Numbered from the stretch's first letter, positions 1 through 10,679 are shown. The stretch is 64,000 bases of DNA from an uncultured bacterium (GCA_963749495.1 CAVVMW010000021.1:224001-288000), one strand, 5' to 3'. The notes: generated from the letters alone by a model not told the origin. A program made the numbers and translations.

Positions 1-487
1 TGGCGTTCAGCGGCTTGCCGGTGATGTGTTCAATCCCAGCCACCAGTTCGTGCGGGGTGCCGCCGGGGAAATTCAGATCGAACCGCTGCAACAGGGGTCT
101 GGCGGGCTCGCGTTTCGTTGCCGAAGCGGTCCCTGACGAAGGGGCCTGACCCAGGACGGCTTGCGCCGCCAGGATGGAGGCCAGAAGGACTGCGGCAGTT
201 CCAGAACGCGCGCGCAAGGGGCGGAGAGCCGCGGAGCAACGGACGAGGGGCGAGGGGATGGAGGCGAGACTGCGATCTGCAAAGCCCGGCGGGGGCTGGC
301 ATAAGCGATGTCGTGTTGTTGTCATATCTGTTACTTGTCAATGTGTTGATTTCGCTCTTTCATTCAGAAACACGCCGCGGGGGCCAAAATCCTTCGCGGG
401 CGCTTGGAATTAAATGTGGTTCCCCATAATCGATGTCCAAAACCGGCCCGGCCAACGAGTTTCGAGCATTCGGATTTGAAATCAAAC

Positions 488-1099
488 TCAGCGCTGATCC
501 CTTATGCGCCTCACCAACCTTTCCACCTCACGGTCATCCCAGTTGCCCTTGAGCACTACGTCTGCCCACCGGGCCTGCGGGGCGACGAATCTGCGGTGCA
601 TCGGCTGGACCGCGTCCCGGAACTGCTCGAGAACCGAGGCGCGCGTCCGGCCACGGGCCTCCACATCCCGCGCCAGACGCCGCGCCAGCCGAATGCGGGC
701 GGGGCAATTCAGGAAAATGCGGAGCCGGAACAGGCGCCGCAGCGAAGGCCGCAGCAGCAGCCACAAGCCGTCCACCAGGACAATGGGCTTGGGTTGGACC
801 ATGCGAAAGCCGCGGCGGCAATGGGTTGCGAAATCATAGCGCGGAACCAGCGCCGGCAGGCCGGCCAGCCAATCGCCCAGGACGCGCTCGACGCTGGGCC
901 AGTCAACGGCGCGGGGGTGGTCGAAGTTGAGCTTGGCCCGGCGGCCGGCAGGAAGATGCGATTGGTCGCGGTAGAAATCGTCCAGCGAGAGCCGCGCCGC
1001 CTCGGCCCCGAGCAAATCCGCGAGTTGGCCGGCCAGCTGGCTTTTGCCGGCCCCGCTGCCGCCCACAATCGCGACCAGGATGGGAGAAGCCGAGTGCAT
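488..1099 (-). CDS. udk: Uridine kinase
   Basis: P-loop VAIVGGSGAGKS, LDDFYRD, NFDHPRAVD, RLARRLARDVEARGR; start taken at MHSASP. Confidence 0.85.
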   Translation of the reverse strand: MHSASPILVAIVGGSGAGKSQLAGQLADLLGAEAARLSLDDFYRDQSHLPAGRRAKLNFDHPRAVDWPSVERVLGDWLAGLPALVPRYDFATHCRRGFRMVQPKPIVLVDGLWLLLRPSLRRLFRLRIFLNCPARIRLARRLARDVEARGRTRASVLEQFRDAVQPMHRRFVAPQARWADVVLKGNWDDREVERLVRRIRDQR

Positions 1100-1239
1100 C
1101 TTCGCGGGACTCTCGATAAACCTCAGTCGGCCTGCGTGCAAGCGCGAGTGTCGAGCGGGGCGCATTCGGGCACCGCCCCCGAGCGGCAGCGGCGCGGTGG
1201 GAGTGCGCCCGTCCTTGGGCGGACTCCGGGGGCATCGGG

Positions 1240-1460
1240 ATGCGCCCCAGGGCCGAAGGCCCGCAATGTGATAGCCCGGGCTGGAGCGGAAGCGAAGGCC
1301 CGGGTAAGCCAGCGCCCCTCGAAAAGCCCCGGCCTGTAAGGCCGGGACCTTATGGCGCCCCTACAGGGCGCGCGAGATTTTGCCCCCGTGACCTGGGCCT
1401 CCGCTCGCAAGCTCGCTCCAGCCCAGGCTGTCACATTTCGGGCTTTCAGCCCGAGGACGG
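1240..1460. repeat. REP-like palindromic intergenic repeat
   Basis: Hairpins gggccgaaggccc, gccctacagggc and mirrored agcccggg/agcccagg arms. Confidence 0.45.
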
Positions 1461-1567
1461 GCGCATCCCGGGGGCGGTGTCCGGTTGCGCCCTGTCGAGT
1501 GCCGAGCATTGTCGGATTGGAGTTGTGGAAAACAGTCGTTCCTGGTTAGCATCGATGCCGAACTTGA

Positions 1568-2541
1568 ATGACGACCAATCGCTTCTTCATGATAGCCGCG
1601 GGCGCGGCAGCGCTGGCGGCGGCGCTCGCCGGCTGCGAAAAGGCCGGACCGCCGCCGCCGGGCGCCGGCGCAGAGGGGGGGCCTGCCAAACCCGCCGTCT
1701 CCGGCTTGCCCCAGGCGCCAACCCCGGTCACGACCGCGTCCAGTGTCCAGATGGTGTATCTCCCCGGCGGGGAGTTCATCATGGGGGACGACCATGGCGC
1801 TGCGGACGAGGCCCCGGCCCACAAGGTCAGAGTGAGCGCGTTCCTCATGGACAAGTTCGAGGTGACCCAGGAAATGCTGGCCAAGGCCCAGTTGCCCAAT
1901 CCCTCCCACTGGCACGACAGCCCGGGCCGGCCGGTCGAGCGCGTGCGCTGGCGCGACGCCAAGCAATACTGCAACGAACGCTCGCTCCTGGAGGGCCTCA
2001 AACCGTGCTACAACGAAAAGACGCTCGACTGGGATTGCGACTTTTCAGCCAACGGTTACCGCCTCCCGACCGAGGCGGAGTGGGAATATGCCTGCCGCGC
2101 GGGGGCGCCAAACCCGGGCGACCTGGCCCGGCCCGAGAAGTTGCGCCAAGTCGCCTGGTTCGCCGACAACTCCGAGCAGAAGACACACCTGGTCGGCCAG
2201 AAAAGACCCAATGCCTGGGGCATCTACGACCTCTACGGCAATGTCTCCGAATGGTGTGAAGATGTCTATAGCCCCGCCTACTACAAGGAGAGTCCCCCGG
2301 CCGATCCCCCGGCCCGCCCAATACCGGCAAGGACGTGCGGCGGGTCATCCGCGGCGGAAGCTGGCAATCCAGCGCCGGCCAATGCCGCCCCTCCGCCCGC
2401 CAGGCAGAACGGACAGGGGACAGCGATGCCTGCTTCTCCACCGACTATTGCGGGTTCCGTTGCGTGCGGCGCGTGAGCCTGGAAGAGCTCAAACAACTGC
2501 TTGCGCCGGAAAAGCGCCCGACTCCCTCTTCGCAGAAATGA
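1568..2541 (+). CDS. FGE-sulfatase (SUMF1) domain lipoprotein, frameshift near 2310
   Basis: Lipobox LAGC; YRLPTEAEWEYACRAG, PNAWGIYDLYGNVSEWCED; C-terminal RVIRGGSW...GFRCVR in another frame. Confidence 0.85.
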
Positions 2542-2567
2542 ATCCGAATCTGATGAGTCGCCCCTTG

Positions 2568-2714
2568 CCCCTCACCCCGGCCCTCTCCCCGTCCGACGGG
2601 GAGAGGGAGGACCGCCGCCCGTCTCTCGACGAATCCCAGCGCGTTCGAACCTCCGAGAACCGGGCTTTGCTGCTCCCTCTCCCCGTCGGACGGGGAGAGG
2701 GCCGGGGTGAGGGG
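2568..2714. repeat. REP-like repeat family A (ccctcaccccggccctctccc...gggagaggg)
   Basis: Inverted pair of hairpins; related copies at 27468-27613 and 42587-42733. Confidence 0.75.
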
Positions 2715-2861
2715 AAACCCGGCGGCCAAACTCCCCCACGTGCCCAAATTCCGATTTGCGGCCCGCCAATTTTCAATTTTCAATTCATCCGTGGTCATCC
2801 GTGGTCATCCGTGGTCAAAGCCGCTCGATCGCCTCGCTCAACCTGACCTTCGCCCGGCAGC

Positions 2862-4463
2862 ATGCTCTTCCACACCTGGCCATTCCTGGTTTTCCTCCTG
2901 GTCGTGCTGACGGGCTTCTTCGCCCTGCGCAAGACCCGGCTCTGGCTGCCCTGGCTCACCCTGGCCTCCTACTTCTTCTACGGCTGGTGGAATCCCTACT
3001 ACCTGTTCCTGGTCATCTATTCGACCCTGCTCGACTTCTCCCTGGTCGCCCTGATGGACCATTGCCCGCGCGGGGACCAAAAGGTGGACACCGTGTCGCG
3101 CCTGCTGCGGCTGCAATTCGACGAGCCGGTTCTCAAGAGGGCCTTTGTGGCCGCTGCCGCCGCCACGCTGGGCAGCCTCCTCCTGGCCTTGGCGGGGCCC
3201 AAGACCCTGCGCCCAACACTGGTCGGGCTGAGCGTCCTGCTCTTGCTCATGGCCCTGGGCGCGTTCTACCGCAGCCGCAAGATCTGGCTCCTCATCAGCC
3301 TGGTCAACAACCTGGCCCTCCTGCTCTTCTTCAAATACGCGCGCTTCGTGGCCGAAAACCTCAACGGCATCCTCTCCTGGGTCCACATCCCGTTCAAACT
3401 CTCCGACCCCTCGACCCTCATGCCGTTCGGCTTTCAGTACCTGCTGCCCGTCGGCATCTCCTTCTTCACCTTCCAATCCCTGAGTTACACAATTGATTTC
3501 TACCTGGGCAACGTCCAGCGCGAGCGCAATTTCCTCCGCTTTGCCACTTTCGTCTGTTTCTTCCCCCAGTTGATGGCCGGCCCCATCGAGCGCGCCCGCC
3601 ATCTGCTCCCCCAATTCCGCCAGTTCCCTGCCTTCCGCCTCCAGAACCTCACCGACGGCGCTTCGCTCTTTCTGGTGGGCCTGTTCAAGAAGCTGGCCCT
3701 GGCCAACTATCTCTCGTTTTTCGTCGAGCGCGTCTATGACAACCCGAGGGCCTTCGGCGCCCCTGCCCTGGCCCTGGGCACGGTCGCCTTCGGCTGGCAG
3801 ATCTTCTTCGATTTCAGCGGCTACACGGACATGGCGCGGGGCGTGGCCAAGCTCATGGGCTTCGATTTGATCCTCAACTTCAACAACCCCTACATGGCGA
3901 CCGGCCTGGGCGAGTTCTGGTCGCGCTGGCACATTAGCCTGTCGAGTTGGTTCCGCGACTACGTGTATATCCCCCTGGGCGGCAACCGCCATGGCCGGCT
4001 CAGCACTTACCGCAACCTCTTCCTGACCTTTTTCATCTCCGGCATCTGGCACGGCGCGGCGTGGACCTTCGTCATCTGGGGCGCCCTGCACGGGATTGGC
4101 GTGGTTGTGACGCGCGAACTGGAGCGCTCGGCGCTCTACCGCGAGCGCGTGCCCAAACTTCTCAAGCAGGCCGGCGTGTTCATCTTCGTCTCGTTTACTT
4201 GGATCTTCTTCCGCGCCGGGTCTCTGAACGACGCGCTGCTCATCATTGGACGCATCTTCAGCGCCGCCTGGTTGGACCCGCAGATCCCGGCGCTGATGCT
4301 CGTGCTCATCATCCTGGTCTGGCTCTACGAGTATCTTTATGAATCCCGGTTTCGACCGGTCCTCCAGACCGGCCTGGTGCGCGTGGCGGTGGCGGTCTTC
4401 ATGGTGATCTATCTCTGCCTCTGTTCCTCGGGCGGCGGCGCATTCATCTATTTCCAGTTCTGA
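2862..4463 (+). CDS. MBOAT family O-acyltransferase (AlgI/DltB-like)
   Basis: LPVGISFFTFQSLSY, FFPQLMAGPIER, DFSGYTDMA, FWSRWHISLSSWFRDYVYIPLGG, GIWHGA. Confidence 0.93.
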   Translation: MLFHTWPFLVFLLVVLTGFFALRKTRLWLPWLTLASYFFYGWWNPYYLFLVIYSTLLDFSLVALMDHCPRGDQKVDTVSRLLRLQFDEPVLKRAFVAAAAATLGSLLLALAGPKTLRPTLVGLSVLLLLMALGAFYRSRKIWLLISLVNNLALLLFFKYARFVAENLNGILSWVHIPFKLSDPSTLMPFGFQYLLPVGISFFTFQSLSYTIDFYLGNVQRERNFLRFATFVCFFPQLMAGPIERARHLLPQFRQFPAFRLQNLTDGASLFLVGLFKKLALANYLSFFVERVYDNPRAFGAPALALGTVAFGWQIFFDFSGYTDMARGVAKLMGFDLILNFNNPYMATGLGEFWSRWHISLSSWFRDYVYIPLGGNRHGRLSTYRNLFLTFFISGIWHGAAWTFVIWGALHGIGVVVTRELERSALYRERVPKLLKQAGVFIFVSFTWIFFRAGSLNDALLIIGRIFSAAWLDPQIPALMLVLIILVWLYEYLYESRFRPVLQTGLVRVAVAVFMVIYLCLCSSGGGAFIYFQF

Positions 4464-4474
4464 CCTGACCTGAT

Positions 4475-5698
4475 ATGGAGCCCCAGACACCCGCAGCCCG
4501 CAACCCGGAGAGCCCCCCGACGGCAGGCCCGCCCCCGGTGCAGCAACAAGAGGCCAAGCCCGCGGCCCCGAAGGTGCCCTTCGGTGTAAACGAGATGCGG
4601 CTCAACACCCGGCAATGGCTGGCAACCTTCGCCCTTGTGGCCCTGGTCGTGGTGTTGACGCCACGCCTTTGGGAGCGAATCGAGCGGTTCCTAACCGGCT
4701 CCGACTACCGTATCCCCTATTCCTTGAGCAAGGACTACTGGTTGTATGGCCGCCGGCTCCGCCAGGTGACGGCGGCTCCGGAGAAAGTCGTCCTGCTGGG
4801 CGACTCGGTCGTATGGGGCGAATACGTGGCGCCCGAGGGCACGCTCTCCCATTTCCTCAACGAACAGGCCGGTTCAACCGACCGCTTCGTCAACGGCGGC
4901 CTCAACGGGCTTTTCCCCCTGGCCCAGGAGGGTTTGGTGCGCTATTACGGCGGGGCGCTCCGCCACCGGAAGTTGCTCCTCCAGTGCAATGTCCTCTGGC
5001 TCACCAGCCCCAAGGCCGACCTGAGCGCAACCAAGGAGGAGGCCTTCAACCACTCCCGCCTGGTCCCGCAATTCTATCCCCGCATCCCCTGCTACAAAGC
5101 CCAGGCCAACGAGCGCCTCAGCGCCCTCGTCGAGCGCAACGTGAGCTTCGTCCAATGGGTCGGCCACCTCCAAAACGCCTATTTCGGCCAGAAGAGCATC
5201 CTGGGCTGGACCCTCGAGGACGATGCCGGCAGCCCGCCGCGCTACCCCAATGCCTGGAAGAATCCGCTCTCCCAGATCACCCTCGCCGTCCCTTGCGCCC
5301 CGCAACCGGACCCGGAGCGCGGCCCGGCCAGCCCGCGCCACAAACAGTGGTCCGGCACGACCCGTTTCGACTGGGTGGACCTCGATGCCTCGTTGCAGTG
5401 GCCCGCCTTCCAGCGCCTGGTCCAGATGCTGCGCCGGCGGGACAACCAGGTCCTGGTCGTCCTCGGCCCATTCAATGAGCACATGATCGCCGAAGACAAC
5501 CGCGCGCCTTTTCACAAGCTCCGCGATGGCATCGCCGCCTGGCTCGCCGCCCAGCACATCCCCCACATCGCTCCTGAAACGCTCCCCACCGAGCTCTACG
5601 CCGACGCCAGCCATCCCTTGACCGACGGCTACCGGCTCCTGGCGCAACGGCTCTACCACGACACCGCCTTCCAGCAATGGCTCCGCGCCAAGCCGTGA
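4475..5698 (+). CDS. SGNH-like membrane-anchored protein (AlgJ/DltD-like partner of the MBOAT)
   Basis: N-terminal TM helix, LLGDS block I, C-terminal DASH (DxxH); directly downstream of the MBOAT. Confidence 0.65.
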   Translation: MEPQTPAARNPESPPTAGPPPVQQQEAKPAAPKVPFGVNEMRLNTRQWLATFALVALVVVLTPRLWERIERFLTGSDYRIPYSLSKDYWLYGRRLRQVTAAPEKVVLLGDSVVWGEYVAPEGTLSHFLNEQAGSTDRFVNGGLNGLFPLAQEGLVRYYGGALRHRKLLLQCNVLWLTSPKADLSATKEEAFNHSRLVPQFYPRIPCYKAQANERLSALVERNVSFVQWVGHLQNAYFGQKSILGWTLEDDAGSPPRYPNAWKNPLSQITLAVPCAPQPDPERGPASPRHKQWSGTTRFDWVDLDASLQWPAFQRLVQMLRRRDNQVLVVLGPFNEHMIAEDNRAPFHKLRDGIAAWLAAQHIPHIAPETLPTELYADASHPLTDGYRLLAQRLYHDTAFQQWLRAKP

Positions 5699-5825
5699 AG
5701 CGTGAGAGCGTCGGAGCGTCAAAGAAGGACGCCCCATCCATAAACCGTTCCCGAAGCCCGCCGTGGATGTGAGACAGAATTCTTTTTGGGCCTCCAGATC
5801 GCAAATCTCAAAGCTGATCCGGGCC

Positions 5826-5925
5826 TTCGATCCTTCGTTTCCTTCGTTTCCTTCTGTTCTTTTCCTTCGTCCCGCCGGCTGGGAACAGGAACAGAACAGA
5901 ACAGAAGGAAACGAAGGAAACGAAG
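5826..5925. repeat. Inverted repeat of cttcgtttc/gaaacgaag units
   Basis: ttcgtttccttcgtttccttctgtt ... aacagaaggaaacgaaggaaacgaag. Confidence 0.65.
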
Positions 5926-6106
5926 AGGCGGCCTGGCACTGCGGCATCGATCTGGCCCGTGCCAGTTCGTATCTGGGCTTCTAGACACTTTTTGTGACGA
6001 AACCCCAGCAAAACCCATATTGTGAAGATTTTTGTGCGGCGCTCCCCTGCCGTTCCCCGCGCCGGAATCTCTTGCCGCCATTCCCTTCTCGACTTAATTT
6101 GACGCC

Positions 6107-8290
6107 ATGAATTCGAGGACCCGATTGCCCGCCCGATTGACCATCCCGCCCGCGTTTCACCCTTTCACTGCCCTGCTCCTGTCCCTGGCTCTTCCGTGGA
6201 GCGCAGGCTCGGCGCTGCCCACGGTGCCCGCCCCCGAGCAACCGGTCACCAACACTTATCACGGCGTCGCCGTCGTGGACGATTACCAGTGGCTGGAGGA
6301 CGCCCAGGCGCCGGCAGTCCGCCAGTGGACGCGTTTGGAGAACGAGCGCACGCGCGACTACTTCGCCCGCCTGCCCTACCGCCAGGGCCTGGCACAGGCG
6401 CTGCGGCAACTGCGCAGCGAGGAATCCGCCCGCTACTCCGGCTTCCCGGAAATGCAGGGGAGGATCTTCTGCCTGCGCTTCAAGCCGCCGGCGCAGCAGC
6501 CTGTGCTGGTCCGGCTCTCCTCGCTCAACCCGCCCGCCCTCTGGCGAACTGTCTTTGACCCAAACACCTACAACACCAACGGCACAACCGCCATTGATTG
6601 GTATGTGCCCTCCCCGGACGGACGCCTGGCGGCCGTTTCGCTCTCCGAGGGCGGCAGCGAACAGGGCACCCTCCACTTCTTCGAGACGGACACCGGCAAG
6701 GAACTGGGCGACCAGATCCCGCGCGTCCAGTTCCCCACCGGCGGGGGCAGCGCCGCCTGGGCGGCCGACAGCTCCGGCGTCTTCTACACGCGCTACCCGC
6801 ACCCGGGCGAGCGGCCGCAGCCCGACCTGGCCTTCTATCAGCAAGTCTGGTTTCACCGCCTCGGCGCGCCAGTGGCGGACGACAAATACGAACTGGGCGC
6901 CGGCTTCCCGCGCATCGCCGAAATCGAGCTGGAAACCAGCCAGGACGGCCTCTGGATTGCGGCGTCGGTGGCCAATGGCGACGGCGGCGATTTCGAGCAC
7001 TTCGTGCGCAGCGCCGCCGGCAAATGGCAGCAGGTGACCCGGTTCGAAGACGGCATCAAGCGCGTGAAGCTGGGCCGGGACAACGCCCTCTATCTGCTCT
7101 CTCAAAAAGACGCCCCCCGGGGCAAGGTCCTGCGCCTGCCCCTGGAGAGCCTGGACCTTGCCAAGGCCACCGTCGTCGCAGCGGAGAGCAAAGGCGTCGT
7201 CCAGGAACTGGCCCCCTGCAACGGCGGGCTCTATGTGGCGGACCTGCTCGGCGGCCCCTCCGAACTGCGCTACTATCCTCGCGGCAGCCTGCGCCCGCAC
7301 ATCATACCCATCCTGCCCGTCTCCGCCGTGGCCGGGCTTCAGTCCTGGCACGGCAACGATCTCCTCTTCGGCAACGTCAGCTATTTGAAACCCTCCGCCT
7401 GGTTCACCTGGAATCCCGCCGCGCCCCAGGTCCGGCGCACGGCCCTCTACACCACCTCGCCTGTGGATTTTGACGATATCGAGGTCGTGCGCGAATTTGC
7501 GGCTTCCAGAGACGGCACCCGGGTCCCGGTGAACATCCTGCGCAAGAAGGGCCTCAAGCTGGACGGCACCCATCCCACTCTCCTTTATGCCTACGGCGGT
7601 TATGGCGTCAGCCTTTCCCCGAGTTTCGATGCCACCCGGCGCATCTGGTTCGATGCCGGGGGCGTCTATGCCGTGGCCAACCTGCGCGGCGGCGGTGAGT
7701 ACGGCGAGCGATGGCACAAGGCCGGCAATCTCACCCGCAAACAAAATGTCTTCGACGATTTCATCGCCGCGGCCGAGCACCTGGTTCAACGGCATTACAC
7801 CAACCCTTCAAAACTGGCGGCCGAGGGCGGCAGCAACGGCGGCCTGCTCATGGGGGCCTTCCTCACCCAGCGCCCCAACCTCGCCCGCGCTGTCGTCTCC
7901 CACGTCGGCATCTACGATATGCTCCGCGTGGAACTGGACCCCAACGGCCAGTTTAACACGACTGAATTCGGCACCGTCAAAAACCCGGAACAATTCCGCG
8001 CCCTTTACGCCTACTCTCCCTACCATCATGTGCGCAACGGCGTGAAATACCCGGCCGTACTGCTCATGACCGGCGAAAACGACGGACGCGTCAACCCGGC
8101 CCAATCGCGCAAGATGGCCGCCCGGCTCCAGGCGGCCACCGCCTCGGACCGGCCCATCCTCTTCCGCAGCAGCGCCAGCGCCGGCCACGGCATCGGCAGC
8201 TCCCTCAACGAACGCATCGCCCAGCAGGCCGACGTGTACGCCTTCCTCTTCGACCAACTCGGCATCCAGGGCTCACCGTGGGCGTTTTAG
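6107..8290 (+). CDS. Prolyl oligopeptidase (S9A), secreted
   Basis: DDYQWLED, NLRGGGEYG, GGSNGG nucleophile motif, NDGRV, AGHG; signal peptide. Confidence 0.95.
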   Translation: MNSRTRLPARLTIPPAFHPFTALLLSLALPWSAGSALPTVPAPEQPVTNTYHGVAVVDDYQWLEDAQAPAVRQWTRLENERTRDYFARLPYRQGLAQALRQLRSEESARYSGFPEMQGRIFCLRFKPPAQQPVLVRLSSLNPPALWRTVFDPNTYNTNGTTAIDWYVPSPDGRLAAVSLSEGGSEQGTLHFFETDTGKELGDQIPRVQFPTGGGSAAWAADSSGVFYTRYPHPGERPQPDLAFYQQVWFHRLGAPVADDKYELGAGFPRIAEIELETSQDGLWIAASVANGDGGDFEHFVRSAAGKWQQVTRFEDGIKRVKLGRDNALYLLSQKDAPRGKVLRLPLESLDLAKATVVAAESKGVVQELAPCNGGLYVADLLGGPSELRYYPRGSLRPHIIPILPVSAVAGLQSWHGNDLLFGNVSYLKPSAWFTWNPAAPQVRRTALYTTSPVDFDDIEVVREFAASRDGTRVPVNILRKKGLKLDGTHPTLLYAYGGYGVSLSPSFDATRRIWFDAGGVYAVANLRGGGEYGERWHKAGNLTRKQNVFDDFIAAAEHLVQRHYTNPSKLAAEGGSNGGLLMGAFLTQRPNLARAVVSHVGIYDMLRVELDPNGQFNTTEFGTVKNPEQFRALYAYSPYHHVRNGVKYPAVLLMTGENDGRVNPAQSRKMAARLQAATASDRPILFRSSASAGHGIGSSLNERIAQQADVYAFLFDQLGIQGSPWAF

Positions 8291-8349
8291 CGTCGGGCGT
8301 ATCTGGCCGGTACCGCCACGCGAGAGAGAGCGGCGGAGCACCAGCTCAG

Positions 8350-8438
8350 TAGCCCGAAGGGCTTGTCATCATTCAGCCCAGGGTTGCGCCAAAGGCGCTA
8401 CCCTGGGTTTCAGGCCACCACATTGAAAACCCTGAAAG
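8350..8438. repeat. REP family D, left part of the cluster interrupted by IS110
   Basis: cagcccagggttgc...gctaccctggg...aaccctgaaag; continues at 10059-10300. Confidence 0.7.
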
Positions 8439-8479
8439 AACTCCCCAAAAATTTTCGCGCATTGACCCCCTGAACCTGA

Positions 8480-8690
8480 TAGACCGTCCTGCGTCAGTCG
8501 TCGGGCGCAGCGTGACCGCATTACCCTTTGGTGCGTTCCGGTTTTCGGAACTGCCCGCCTGAAAGATTGGTTCCGGTCGTCGGCACGCGTATTGTTTGGT
8601 GACGCCGCTTGGGCGGTGTTCCCGCTGGGGAGGCTTGTCCTTTCAAGTGATGACGACCGGGCACCCGCCGGCTGGCTAGTGCAATCAACG
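8480..8690 (+). ncRNA. Putative IS110 bridge/seek RNA in the 5' non-coding end
   Basis: Two stem-bounded internal loops; acccttt and cctgaaag match the target, tggggag matches the element right end; limits approximate. Confidence 0.6.
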
Positions 8691-8706
8691 TCCAACTACT
8701 CTCAGC

Positions 8707-10040
8707 ATGAAAGCCTTGGCTGTGCTCGATCCCAAAGCCGCCGGCATCAACGTCGGCAGCGAAAGACTTCACGTTTCCATCGGGGGCGATGTGCCCAAAG
8801 TGTTCGGCACGTTCACCGGCGATCTGGAAGCGTTGCGGGATTGGTTCAAGGAGCAGGGAGTGCACACTGTGGCGATGGAGGCCACCGGTGTGTACTGGCT
8901 CTACCTCTATGAAGTGCTGGAGGCTACCGGCATGGAAGTGGTGGTGGTCAACGGGCGGCACGTGCAGAACGTGCCCGGTCGCAAGACGGACATGGCCGAC
9001 TGCCAATGGCTGGCCACCTTGCACGCGCACGGGCTGCTGCGCGGAGGGTTCGTGCCGCCAGCCCACATTCGGCAATTGCAGGATTATCAGCGGCTGCGCG
9101 CCGATCACATCATCGGCGCGGCCAGCCAAGTGCAGAAGATGCAGCAGGCGCTGGAGCGGATGAACGTCAAGTTGCATGACGTCATCAGCGATCTGACCGG
9201 GGTGAGCGGACTCAAAGTCGTGCGTGCGATCCTCAAAGGCGAGCGCCGGCCCGGAGAACTGTTGGCCTTGTGTGATGAGCAGATCCAGAAGAAGAAGTCG
9301 CTGGCGGTGAAAGAGAGCCTGCGGGGCTGCTGGAAAAAGAGCAACTCTTCGCGTTGCGTCAGGCGCTCGAATTATGGGAAGCCTACCAGCAAAAGATCAG
9401 CGATTGCAACCTGGAGATGCAAGCGTTGCTGCAGCAACTGGCCGAGCCCAATGGGTCCGAGGGCGGTCAGGGGATGATCGGGCCGGTCAAACTGGCGCCG
9501 GCCAAAGTACCGGGCAAGAACGCGCCCGTCATTGAGCGTTTGCAGGAACTGCTAGCCCGCATCTGCGGCGGATGCGACGTGACGCGGATCCCCGGCCTGG
9601 GCATGTATCTGGTGCTGCAACTCCTCAGCGAAGTGGGTACCGACATGACCTGCTGGAAAACCGAGAAACACTTCACTTCGTGGCTGGGACTAGCCGGGGG
9701 GCGCAAGCAAAGCGGCAAACGCAAGGGCAGCGTTAAAGCCCATCGCAACCGGGCAGGGCGCATGTTCTGCGCAGCGGCGCGCTCGCTGGCGCAAACCGTT
9801 GACAAGGCACTGGGCGGTTTCTACCGCCGCTTGCGCGGACGCCTCGGAGGCTTGGCCGCCAACGTGGCACTGGCACGCAAGCTGGCCCTATTATTCTACC
9901 GCTTGCTGCGCTACGGGGTCGACTACGTTGAGAAAGGACTCAAAGCCTATGAAGCCAGAATATTGGAAACCGAAGCGCGCTTGCTGCGCAAACTCGCTAA
10001 GAAGCAAGGGTTTACGCTCGTCCGCGCCAACCCCAGCTAA
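8707..10040 (+). CDS. IS110 DEDD recombinase, frameshift in A-run near 9335
   Basis: AMEATGVYW, GRKTDMADCQW, IPGLG, FTSWLGL, QSG, ALARKLA. Confidence 0.92.
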
Positions 10041-10081
10041 CCCCAGGTTCATGGGGAGGGTTTCAGCAGCGATGCAACCCT

Positions 10082-10192
10082 CCCCAGGAACCTCCGGGGC
10101 GAGTTACTGCGCAATCCATTGCTGGCGAAGTACTTGCACAAAACGACGAGGTTCGGGGGTTCAATGCGCCAAATTCCGTTTGGGGGAATTCT
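10082..10192 (-). mobile_element. Non-autonomous IS110-ended miniature element (111 bp)
   Basis: Ends match the IS110 ends in inverted orientation; CT core at 10080-10081 and 10191-10192; removal restores gatgcaaccctttcagggtagttg. Confidence 0.75.
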
Positions 10193-10373
10193 TTCAGGGT
10201 AGTTGATCCGAGGGCGCGTGACCCAGGGTAGCCCCGCCCTTTCTCGCGAAAGGGCGGGGCAACCCTGGGCTGAGTGATTCCCATCCCTTCGGGATGGGTC
10301 AGGCATTGCAGCGTTGGGCCTGGGCGTTCATGCCATGGTGGTGCCGGCCAGATGCGCCCTATAATGTCCGGAC

Positions 10374-10468
10374 CATGCTACTTGACTTGTGACGACCGCC
10401 TGATTCGGCGATATTCAGGCCAGATGATCGTCCAGAGCCCGACGACCTTTGTTGCCGGTCTGGCCTGA
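10374..10468 (+). pseudogene. C-terminal remnant of a PIN-domain toxin
   Basis: YLTCDDRLIRRY...VQSPTTFV, immediately before a small antitoxin-like gene. Confidence 0.55.
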
Positions 10469-10469
10469 T

Positions 10470-10679
10470 ATGAAGCTTAAAGTCGAAAGCGAATTCGCAA
10501 CCGCCGCCGAGGCGGTCCAAGTGCTCATGGAGCACCTGCCTGCCTCCAAGATCGCCCGCTTGCTCGCCTCGTGGCAGGTTGGACAGGGAGATTACGCGAG
10601 GATGCGTGACGAGATGTTTGCGGGAGAGACGGTGGGGAGCCTGTTCCGGGCCGCTGAAAAACCGGGTCGCAAGAAATGA
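10470..10679 (+). CDS. Small antitoxin-like protein
   Basis: 69 aa with GQGDYARMRDEMFAGETV, a type found downstream of PIN toxins. Confidence 0.55.
   Translation: MKLKVESEFATAAEAVQVLMEHLPASKIARLLASWQVGQGDYARMRDEMFAGETVGSLFRAAEKPGRKK

Larger units (their letters stand above)
8439..10058 (+). mobile_element. IS110-family insertion sequence (1620 bp) in a REP hairpin
   Basis: AG core at both junctions (8437-8438, 10057-10058); removal restores aaccctgaaagggtt; sub-terminal inverted repeats ccccctgaacc / ggttcatgggg. Confidence 0.85.

Noticed and set aside
1..430. Short overlapping ORFs at the window start
   Set aside because: No recognisable motifs or consistent coding signal.
2838..7795. Long antisense ORFs (e.g. 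2838-4490, 5981-7795, and similarly 22363-24459, 57385-59529)
   Set aside because: Shadows of real genes in GC-rich DNA, with no motifs of their own.
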